Numbered from the stretch's first letter, positions 8,161 through 15,182 are shown. The stretch is DNA of 20,000 nucleotides from an uncultured virus (IMG/VR IMGVR_UViG_3300042399_001449) (IMGVR_UViG_3300042399_001449), one strand, 5' to 3'. Numbers and translations are program-made. The notes: a model not told the origin generated them from the letters alone.

Positions 8161-9540
8161 TTATTTACTATTTAATATGTAAGCAGCTTCTTTTTGTCTT
8201 CGTTTTGCATTGATGCCGCCGTTATGTGATTTTAATTGTAATACTGCTTGTGCAATATCATTTATATTTTTTGTTTTCATTGCACTGATAACATTGCTAG
8301 GTAAACTACCATAATTATATGCAATTGATACTAATGCTGAAACAGTACCTTTATTTAATCCGTCTGCATGTTGTAATACTTTCGGAATAAACTCGTCAGA
8401 CAGCCTACGTGATAAATCTCGAATTCCATCTTCCTTAGTAACAGTTATATCAGGTTTTTCTGATCTATCTGCAGATAAATGTTCAATGTTACCAGATGCA
8501 TCAGTTACCGTGCTACTTCCGTATCCAATTCTCCAATTATTAACATCCCAATAAGCTTCAGAACGGAATCCTTCAAAACCAGCCAACAAAGCTGCGGCTT
8601 GCTTTAATATTGGATCTGAATAATTTGCACCTGATATTGATCCTATTCCAATCAATGAAGCTAATGACATATCAGTGTCTTCTTCGCCCGCAGATGTGTC
8701 AGTTCCAATTTCTCCAGCTTTTTTAAATAAAATATTTTTTGTTATTGTATCTAATTTCCCGGTTGGGTCTTGTGTAATGTCATGTTGGAATTTAATTAAT
8801 CCACTTTTTGTATGAGGGCCGAAAATACCATCAACACCTTCGCGGCCAACTGAATATCCTAATTTAATTAAAGCAGATTGCATTTTAAAAACATCAGGAC
8901 CTTTATCGCCTACTTGCAATAATGCAGTGTCTTCTGGTTTAATTTCTTTGGTTGAATCCACATCAATTAAATCTAATACTTGACGTTTCCATTGACTTGC
9001 AATTTTTTTGTGAGCGTCCGAATCTAAATGAACGTGATCTTTTGTAAAATCAATTTCCGTGAAATCTCCAGTATCAATTATAACATCTGCAGACGTTTGA
9101 GTTTGAAGCCAATCTGATATTTTATCGTTAGCTGGGTATCCGCCTTTTCTATAATAAGCATCTCCAGGAGTAACAAAATCTTTTGTTGGATTAGTTATAA
9201 CAACTAATTTTGCTCCAACGTTACGTACCATATCAAACATTGTTTCAAAATTTCTAATAGCATTTACTGGCGATTTTGAAGCGCCATCATTACCACCACC
9301 CATTATTGATACAATATCATACTTATCAGATAAGCTATTTTGAAGCATTGTTAAAATAGCAGATGTTGAAGCTCCATTTTTAGCAACAATCGTTCCATCA
9401 ATTTGTTTAGATCGTACTAATATACGAGCATAACTCCAATCTGCTGCAGTTTGTGAATCACCAACAAACAATACTCGAAGTTTCTTATCTGATGTTTTCT
9501 CAGTAATAATTTCGTTTAATATAGATCTTAATTTTATCAT
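8161..9540 (-). CDS. Modular lysin: SGNH/GDSL esterase + peptidoglycan-binding domain + GH24 lysozyme
   Basis: SGNH blocks FVGDSQT, KNGAST, GGGND, DHVH; PG_binding_1 GDKGPDVFKMQSALIKLGY..DGIFGPHT..FQ; GH24 FEGFRSEAYWD..IGYGS..ALVSIAYNYG..RRQKEA. Confidence 0.9.
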   Translation of the reverse strand: MIKLRSILNEIITEKTSDKKLRVLFVGDSQTAADWSYARILVRSKQIDGTIVAKNGASTSAILTMLQNSLSDKYDIVSIMGGGNDGASKSPVNAIRNFETMFDMVRNVGAKLVVITNPTKDFVTPGDAYYRKGGYPANDKISDWLQTQTSADVIIDTGDFTEIDFTKDHVHLDSDAHKKIASQWKRQVLDLIDVDSTKEIKPEDTALLQVGDKGPDVFKMQSALIKLGYSVGREGVDGIFGPHTKSGLIKFQHDITQDPTGKLDTITKNILFKKAGEIGTDTSAGEEDTDMSLASLIGIGSISGANYSDPILKQAAALLAGFEGFRSEAYWDVNNWRIGYGSSTVTDASGNIEHLSADRSEKPDITVTKEDGIRDLSRRLSDEFIPKVLQHADGLNKGTVSALVSIAYNYGSLPSNVISAMKTKNINDIAQAVLQLKSHNGGINAKRRQKEAAYILNSK

Positions 9541-9686
9541 TTTCCTTGACTTACATATGCCTTAGTATAATTAGTTGCATTCTTGCTTCTACTTGTTTTA
9601 GTTTTAGCATGAACTCCAGGTCTTTTAACCTTCGGTTTCGAGATATGCATCTTTGCACTATTGCTGTTTACTTTTTTTGCTGCCAT
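9537..9686 (-). CDS. Small very basic protein (49 aa, not in ORF track)
   Basis: MAAKKVNSNSAKMHISKPKVKRPGVHAKTKTSRSKNATNYTKAYVSQGK; AAGGA upstream; ATGA overlap with the lysin. Confidence 0.75.
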   Translation of the reverse strand: MAAKKVNSNSAKMHISKPKVKRPGVHAKTKTSRSKNATNYTKAYVSQGK

Positions 9687-9763
9687 AGCTATTTCCTTTA
9701 AATTAAAACTAAACTAATAACATTGTTGGCCTCCCAACTTAAAAGAAATAACTTATTATATTA

Positions 9764-9771
9764 ATAAATAT
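9764..9771 (-). promoter_or_regulatory. Putative late promoter ATATTTAT
   Basis: Immediately after a terminator, heading the 9686-6000 operon. Confidence 0.5.
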
Positions 9772-9778
9772 GGGACAC

Positions 9779-9808
9779 AAAAAAAGCTCGAGGTCGAAAC
9801 CCCAAGCT
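9779..9808 (-). terminator. Intrinsic terminator with TTCG loop
   Basis: Minus strand AGCTTGGGGT-TTCG-ACCTCGAGCT followed by a T run. Confidence 0.85.
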
Positions 9809-9841
9809 CTTAACTATACCGTCTAAGGTAGCAGACGCTCT

Positions 9842-10366
9842 TTATTTACGTTTAAACGTTTCCGTTAAAATATGTTCAGACCCTTTAAGGTTACCCATTA
9901 AACGACGTGCAAATGACTCGTTCATATCTTCTTTGTCAACAAATGCTTGTTTCATTGACTCTTCTTCATCACCATCGCCATCAGCATCAATGTAATCAGG
10001 TTTAACACCATCAGCAGCTTCATTGATATCAACATCAAGCATATCAGCAATCATACTCATTGCTTCTGCTTTTGTATAATGATCACTCATATATATTTTT
10101 TCAATGATATCTAGCTCAGCCATTGATTTATTTAAAGCTGAATCAAATTCTTCTGAAGAGATTCCTAATTCATCAGCAATTTCATCAAAGATATCATCAG
10201 ATTCTTTTAGTGGCGTTTCCATTGGATTAGAGAGAGGTTGCTCAGCGCTTTGTTCACCCATTTTGGCAGCGTATGCCGCAGTTGTTTGTTCTAAGGTAGG
10301 TAAAGGCTTACCAGGTTCACGTTCCCACGCAAAACCTTCTTTAAGTATTGATTTTAGTTTGATCAT
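9842..10366 (-). CDS. Acidic putative head/scaffold-like protein with DxDxDG motif
   Basis: True start is probably MIKLKSILKE at 10366 (AAGGAAACA upstream); KPDYIDADGDGDEEESMK EF-hand-like loop; several xxE sites (PLKE, DINE, DMNE, ILTE). Confidence 0.82.
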   Translation of the reverse strand: MIKLKSILKEGFAWEREPGKPLPTLEQTTAAYAAKMGEQSAEQPLSNPMETPLKESDDIFDEIADELGISSEEFDSALNKSMAELDIIEKIYMSDHYTKAEAMSMIADMLDVDINEAADGVKPDYIDADGDGDEEESMKQAFVDKEDMNESFARRLMGNLKGSEHILTETFKRK

Positions 10367-10446
10367 TGTTTCCTTGCAATTTAAAAATAAATATAGTACG
10401 TTGTAAAACATAGTACGTTCGTAACCCCTTTCAGGGCTACATCCGT

Positions 10447-10977
10447 TTACATTGGGAATACAGCAAAGTGCGTTGTGATTTTCCCGCCACCATTCGGTAT
10501 CATGGTGATTTCAGTAGCAATTTCACGATCAGGTGTATCAGGCGAAGCAGATTTAACTGCTCCTACACCAGGATCATGTCCCCATCCACCTCGATGATTC
10601 ATTTGCCATGGGCGATCCGACGGCTCAAGTGGTACTTGTATAACCAATTCAAAGTCCGCATCGCGTGCAGAGCATCTAGTTGTGATGTCAGCAATGTTAG
10701 GACGAATCTTGTTGTCAGCTAACCATGGATTAATTTCACAAATCAATACATTGAAAAGTTGATGCAATGTATCGCCCGTGCCACCCTTTGCATGGGCAAG
10801 ACTAATTCCAACCCCAGGTCCTACATAGGTAAGTTGAAATTGTGTAGTAGTTAGTTCGACGCCTACATACACGCCCTCTTCACTGCCCAAGTACTTGCCG
10901 CGTTGTGAAGCCCATTGTCGACAAGATGTCCATGATTCTCCCGTCCATTCATGAAGCAATCGTTTTAAACGTATCAT
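10447..10977 (-). CDS. Hypothetical protein with MIRLKRLLHE leader
   Basis: 176 aa; AAGGA RBS; HAKGG..DTLHQ and HRGGWGH His motifs. Confidence 0.82.
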   Translation of the reverse strand: MIRLKRLLHEWTGESWTSCRQWASQRGKYLGSEEGVYVGVELTTTQFQLTYVGPGVGISLAHAKGGTGDTLHQLFNVLICEINPWLADNKIRPNIADITTRCSARDADFELVIQVPLEPSDRPWQMNHRGGWGHDPGVGAVKSASPDTPDREIATEITMIPNGGGKITTHFAVFPM

Positions 10978-10989
10978 AATTTCCTTGTT

Positions 10990-11604
10990 TTAAAATGATG
11001 CAGTTTGTGAGCCATCGCGATTAGCACGCCATTGAGTGGCATCCTCACTTCCATCGGGTGTCCAATAATCATCAGCATCTTCAATACCAGTAGCATCAGG
11101 CTGCGCTCCTGCTGTCTTGCGAACCAGGAATAAACGAGTTGCCCCTTGCACTACTTTGAATGCTGCTAAGTCAGAGTTGCTTTGCAACAATTCCGTGTAT
11201 ATTCTAGTTTTTTGTGCGCCCTTGGCGTCATATGTGTCGCTTCCGCTAACATCAATCACATCCACTCCGGGCTGCGTATTGGCAAAATCGCGAATTGCTT
11301 CACCTATTGTCTTGAAAAGACGAAATGTGTTTAATTCGCCTTGAGCCGCTGATTGGCGAGTAGTGGTTGTCCAACCTTCACCGTCTTTGCTACGAACAAA
11401 ATAAGCAAATTGCCATTCTCCGGTGTCTCCGTGCTGACTGTGTTTCCATTTGGTCATGGTCATGGTGATGGGCTGGGAATCGGCCTCAAACTTTGCTTCG
11501 AATGATTCTGCGTCGCCCCAATTGTCCTGCCATACAAATTGGGTCGCGTACGGTGTCACGCTCCCCAGAGAGATTTCCGCTAATAAATCCTTTAATCTAA
11601 TCAT
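10990..11604 (-). CDS. Hypothetical protein with MIRLKDLLAE leader; paralogue of 12038..12532
   Basis: GELNTFRLFKTIGEAI..KTRIY aligns with GVTLRVMSTITSII..RMRLY. Confidence 0.82.
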   Translation of the reverse strand: MIRLKDLLAEISLGSVTPYATQFVWQDNWGDAESFEAKFEADSQPITMTMTKWKHSQHGDTGEWQFAYFVRSKDGEGWTTTTRQSAAQGELNTFRLFKTIGEAIRDFANTQPGVDVIDVSGSDTYDAKGAQKTRIYTELLQSNSDLAAFKVVQGATRLFLVRKTAGAQPDATGIEDADDYWTPDGSEDATQWRANRDGSQTASF

Positions 11605-12041
11605 GGTTTATCCTTTATACCCGTCCAATCATATTGTGATGATGCTGGCACGATTATTACTTGGACGCGTTGGTTTCCTAATGCCCAATTGGCTACAAGA
11701 CGATGATGGCCATCCGCGATAGCTAACGAACCATCTGCAAATTGCGCGACGCGTATAGCGGGCAACTCGGGTAATCTGCGCAGAATCTGTACGACTTTGC
11801 TGCTTTGAATGTTTGGTTGTGTTATGTGTATGTCTTGAATACTTACCGATCGCATTCGACCATCCGCAGCGTTGGTGTCGACAGCAGCCGCTACTTGATT
11901 CCATGCATATCTACTAGTCGCAAAAATGCTTGTTATATTTTTAGCATCTGAAAATATGGTGCCACGTGGCAATGACTCAATGCGTTGTGTTGCTGTGAGC
12001 ATGCTGACCGATTCCGCTAATAAAGATGCTAATCGTATCAT
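11601..12041 (-). CDS. ParB/Sulfiredoxin-like domain protein with MIRLASLLAE leader
   Basis: VSIQDIHITQ..PAIRV..IADGHHRLVA..LG..V motif. Confidence 0.82.
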   Translation of the reverse strand: MIRLASLLAESVSMLTATQRIESLPRGTIFSDAKNITSIFATSRYAWNQVAAAVDTNAADGRMRSVSIQDIHITQPNIQSSKVVQILRRLPELPAIRVAQFADGSLAIADGHHRLVANWALGNQRVQVIIVPASSQYDWTGIKDKP

Positions 12042-12532
12042 TGTGCATCCTTGATTCCCGTAGCATCATATTGTGTGCTTCGCTTCCATATTCCCATTAA
12101 ATCAAATTTAGGAGTCTTTTTATATGTAGACCAAGCCGCATCAGATGCCACTTCGTCATAGCCCGTTAAATGCTTAGCAATATATTGACGATATAAACGC
12201 ATACGACGTTGATCTGATTTAGCAGCTGATATTACAATCTCGCGAGGGGATAACCGCGCTACTGCTTTTTTTATGATAGATGTGATGGTTGACATAACAC
12301 GCAAAGTTACCCCTTCATTTGTTTCTGTGTATTGATCTGGTCTTCCGGAATCATCTATTACCGCAAAGTGTATTTCCATTACACCCTGGACGTCCGTACG
12401 AAAGTCAACTTCGTATTGGGTTGCTGCATCTGTGCGAAAGTGTGCTTGGTTTATTGTGAAGTTGATGCGATATGCATATGGCTCTAACGTAGCTTCTCCA
12501 ATTTCCTGCAGGATGTGTTTCATCTTTATCAT
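12038..12532 (-). CDS. Hypothetical protein with MIKMKHILQE leader; paralogue of 10990..11604
   Basis: 164 aa; ATATTTAT lies 4 nt upstream of the ATG (probably near-leaderless mRNA). Confidence 0.82.
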   Translation of the reverse strand: MIKMKHILQEIGEATLEPYAYRINFTINQAHFRTDAATQYEVDFRTDVQGVMEIHFAVIDDSGRPDQYTETNEGVTLRVMSTITSIIKKAVARLSPREIVISAAKSDQRRMRLYRQYIAKHLTGYDEVASDAAWSTYKKTPKFDLMGIWKRSTQYDATGIKDAQ

Positions 12533-12536
12533 ATTA

Positions 12537-12544
12537 ATAAATAT
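12537..12544 (-). promoter_or_regulatory. Putative late promoter ATATTTAT
   Basis: Heads the 12532-10447 cassette; also at 10387-10394, 7019-7026, 7031-7038 and 4116-4123. Confidence 0.5.
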
Positions 12545-12726
12545 CGGAGATCGTTAATTTGGTGGCTACGTGAGGTGCTGACTGAAGCGTTAGCGTAGGG
12601 AGGCTCCGAAACGTACTATATATTAATAATAGCTCTATGGCACCGCCATATACAATAAAGAGTCTTCTCCCTCAGCAAAAAATCTTCCCGCGCTAGAAAA
12701 ACATATATTAGCACCACTATCTAGAT

Positions 12727-12841
12727 GGGGGTGTTCTACCCCTTAACGAAACCCTCCCCCACCCCCCTAAATCATGGGGGGTCAAAGGGGTCTATACTAG
12801 GGGGGCTACCCCACAAAAAAAGGGGGGCTATTACTCCCCCC
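12727..12841. other. G-run/C-run-rich non-coding block at the early/late boundary
   Basis: Five G runs and several C runs of 3-6 nt with nested inverted repeats in an AT-rich genome. Confidence 0.7.
12815..12841 (-). terminator. Intrinsic terminator closing the early region
   Basis: Minus strand GGGGGG-AGTAATAG-CCCCCC-TTTTTTT, 20 nt after the stop of 12862..13098. Confidence 0.85.
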
Positions 12842-12861
12842 ATGTTCTGGCTATATTTGGC

Positions 12862-13098
12862 TTAGGCTCGCTTCTTGGATATAAGGCATATCAAGTCTGC
12901 TGCTTCCCTAGCTTCTGGCAATGACCAATCTCCATCAATGTCTAAGTCTTGCATCAACATGTTGACTCCTAACCATTTGTTAATTGCTGAACGATACATT
13001 GGCTCGTCTTTGCCATAGTCTAATTCTAATTGCTTTGCATTCAAAAAGAATATTGCTTCTAGCTTCTGAATGTTTTGGATCATCTCTTTCTTTGTCAT
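12862..13098 (-). CDS. Early hypothetical protein
   Basis: 78 aa; AAGAGAGAC-ATG leader. Confidence 0.78.
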   Translation of the reverse strand: MTKKEMIQNIQKLEAIFFLNAKQLELDYGKDEPMYRSAINKWLGVNMLMQDLDIDGDWSLPEAREAADLICLISKKRA

Positions 13099-13121
13099 GT
13101 CTCTCTTGTTATATATTAATA

Positions 13122-13322
13122 CTACTTACCTAATAACTCTTGTACATTCTCTAATGCTAGCTTGGCTCCGAATTGAATTGCCATTTGCATTAGCACTAAG
13201 TCCATGCTTCCTTGATTTGCTTTTGCAAATGACTCTAGGTACTCTCTGCGGTCTGGAGTTGCAATGAAGCTTCTCTCTAATCCTTTTAACTCTGCTGCTA
13301 CAAACTCTTTTACTTTTGTCAT
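13122..13322 (-). CDS. Early hypothetical protein
   Basis: 66 aa; promoter, hairpin and AAGAGAGAGT-ATG upstream. Confidence 0.8.
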   Translation of the reverse strand: MTKVKEFVAAELKGLERSFIATPDRREYLESFAKANQGSMDLVLMQMAIQFGAKLALENVQELLGK

Positions 13323-13373
13323 ACTCTCTCTTATTAGTTAATTAAGCTTAGGGCCTTTCCCTAATTGCTATAT

Positions 13374-13413
13374 ATAAAGATAAGGTTTATCGGGATAGGA
13401 TCCTAATCTTTTT
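13374..13413 (-). promoter_or_regulatory. Early promoter copy 1 (AAAAGATTAGGAT-N15-CTTATCTTTAT)
   Basis: Repeated motif; TTAG-N20-TATCTTTA fits the Bacteroidota TTTG-N19-21-TAnnTTTG consensus. Confidence 0.8.
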
Positions 13414-13440
13414 GCCGATTTGTTTGATTTATTTTACAGT

Positions 13441-13470
13441 AGAAACCGACACCTTTCGATGCCGGCCTCT
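13441..13470 (-). terminator. Terminator-like hairpin after the ATPase
   Basis: AGAGGCCGGCATC-GAAA-GGTGTCGGTTTCT, 13-bp stem with G-U pairs; weak U tail. Confidence 0.7.
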
Positions 13471-13495
13471 TTCATATTGAGAGATATGATATGTC

Positions 13496-14443
13496 TTATG
13501 CCGCGATGATCTGCTCTGCAATTAAATTCTCTACTTCATCTGCCGGGAAGCCCATCGCCGCAATTCGTGATGCTTTGATAAAACTTCTTAGGTTGATGTC
13601 TACTCCGTCATACTTAGCGTGGAGCGCCTTCATAACATCTAATGCTTGTTGCTTTGCCGCTAATGGAATACGTGACTCCATGGTAGGTAACAACTGCTCC
13701 ATTCTTGTAAACATTTGCTCAGTGTTCATGCTAATGTCTGCTACAAAGCTACGGCTACGGATCGCCTCATCTAATTTGCTTTGGTTGATGTTTGAGATAA
13801 AAATGATCTTACCTGTGAACTCAAAGCGTGATGGGATCGGTTCGCCAAACTCATCTTTCAAAGGCTTCGTTGAGATATATGAGATCTGACGAGTGTCATA
13901 TGAGTCAAGTGCCGCCTTAAGGATATTGACTGCATCATCATCTTTGAATACTGAATCACAATCATCTAATACTACAATCTTGTCTGAGTTAGCATACAAT
14001 GTCATATACAAACCTGCCGCGGTTGCTTTACCTTTGAAATGCTCAAAGTCATATGACTCCTTCAAGCCCATTTGCTTTAGTGTCTCTTTAACAAGGTGCG
14101 TCTTGCCGACACCTGCCATACCTGTGATGACCAATGATGGTTGAATGCCTCGCCCTACCATTTTAGTCAGACGCTCCAAGTTGCCAAACATTGTCTCAGG
14201 ATCTCTAGTCTCAACTACTGACATGAATGACATCTTGCTAGGTGCTGATGGTGTTGAGCTTGTTGTGGTACTATCAAGTCTTGTTACTCTGCCGTTTGGA
14301 GCAACCATTAACAACTGACGATTCTTTTCTGCATTAAGCAATTGAATGTGTCGGATCAAATCTTTTCCTGCAATCTCTCCTGACTTAACATTTTTTGCTA
14401 CTAATTTACCTTTTACTCTTACTGGTTCAAATACGTTCATCAT
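13496..14443 (-). CDS. AAA+ family P-loop ATPase
   Basis: Walker A GMAGVGKT, Walker B IVVLDDCD, sensor-1 IIFISN, arginine finger AIRSRS. Start at 14443 is preferred because GAGAGAG directly precedes it, as in neighbouring genes. Confidence 0.9.
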   Translation of the reverse strand: MMNVFEPVRVKGKLVAKNVKSGEIAGKDLIRHIQLLNAEKNRQLLMVAPNGRVTRLDSTTTSSTPSAPSKMSFMSVVETRDPETMFGNLERLTKMVGRGIQPSLVITGMAGVGKTHLVKETLKQMGLKESYDFEHFKGKATAAGLYMTLYANSDKIVVLDDCDSVFKDDDAVNILKAALDSYDTRQISYISTKPLKDEFGEPIPSRFEFTGKIIFISNINQSKLDEAIRSRSFVADISMNTEQMFTRMEQLLPTMESRIPLAAKQQALDVMKALHAKYDGVDINLRSFIKASRIAAMGFPADEVENLIAEQIIAA

Positions 14444-14496
14444 CTCTCTCATGATTTAATTATAAATGCGTCTTGGGCCTTTCCCTTTCTGCTTAT

Positions 14497-14536
14497 ATAA
14501 AGATAAGCATTTTATTTCAATTAACCTAATCTTTTT
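14497..14536 (-). promoter_or_regulatory. Early promoter copy 2
   Basis: ATAAAGATAAG-N15-AACCTAATCTTTT on + strand. Confidence 0.8.
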
Positions 14537-14551
14537 CAAGAAAAGTTTCAA

Positions 14552-14701
14552 TTATTTTTCCTGGTGGATTTCAGCAATTGCGGCTCCAATTGTATTGAGT
14601 GCATCGCCGAATAGATGCTTCATGTTATTGGCTACAATGAATACGTGCATTGCTATTAATAATGCATTTGCGTCCTGGATTTCTTTTTTGCTTCTTATCA
14701 T
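14552..14701 (-). CDS. Early hypothetical protein (49 aa, not in ORF track)
   Basis: MIRSKKEIQDANALLIAMHVFIVANNMKHLFGDALNTIGAAIAEIHQEK; AAAAAGAGAT-ATG leader. Confidence 0.7.
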   Translation of the reverse strand: MIRSKKEIQDANALLIAMHVFIVANNMKHLFGDALNTIGAAIAEIHQEK

Positions 14702-14765
14702 ATCTCTTTTTTTACGTCCTAATGCCCTAACATTTCTGCTAGGGCTTTGGACTGAGAGATATATC

Positions 14766-15182
14766 TTATTCTTCTATGTCTAATTCAGCTAACTCATCTA
14801 ACTCCTCAGGATAAACAGGACCTTCTTCGTCTGCTTCAGCTTCCTCATCTTCTTCTTCGTCTTCAACAAGCTCCTCCAACTCGTCGCGGATGCTATTGTA
14901 TACATAATCAAAGTCGACTGATACATCACTTAAGCTAACTACATTATTCCAATCTAACTCAAACTCCGCGGAGTCTTTATCTATCAACTCGCGTCGGTCC
15001 ATTTGGTCTACGGCACTTTGGATCTTGTCCATTAACAAGTCAAACTGCGCGCCTTTGAGGCTGAAGCCTTTTGGAGCTTCGTCTTCCAACATACTTAATG
15101 CTGTCAATACTAAGTCGATCGATACTACTGACGTCAATTCTTTAGCGCCTTCTAACTTTGCAATCAATTCAATTTTTTTCAT
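14766..15182 (-). CDS. Highly acidic early protein
   Basis: 138 aa with a D/E-rich tail; AAAAAGAGAGATT-ATG leader. Confidence 0.85.
   Translation of the reverse strand: MKKIELIAKLEGAKELTSVVSIDLVLTALSMLEDEAPKGFSLKGAQFDLLMDKIQSAVDQMDRRELIDKDSAEFELDWNNVVSLSDVSVDFDYVYNSIRDELEELVEDEEEDEEAEADEEGPVYPEELDELAELDIEE

Noticed and set aside
9779..9810. tRNA-like GGTCGAAACCC
   Set aside because: No cloverleaf or acceptor stem; it is the reverse complement of a terminator hairpin.
10367..10411. N-terminal extension MFYNVLYLFLNCKET of the 9842 ORF
   Set aside because: Overlaps the promoter and RBS; the internal ATG at 10366 has AAGGA and the shared leader motif.
12560..12620. Hammerhead ribozyme (CTGA...CGAAAC)
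   Set aside because: No CUGAnGA core with three properly arranged stems; only a simple hairpin is supported.
13491..14783. + strand ORFs 13491..13889, 13893..14144, 14466..14783 and similar antisense ORFs elsewhere (2007, 3007, 3523, 4100, 5417, 6235, 7694, 7995, 10104, 10468, 11117, 11450, 13070, 15025, 16122, 17527)
   Set aside because: Shadow frames of well-supported genes on the opposite strand.
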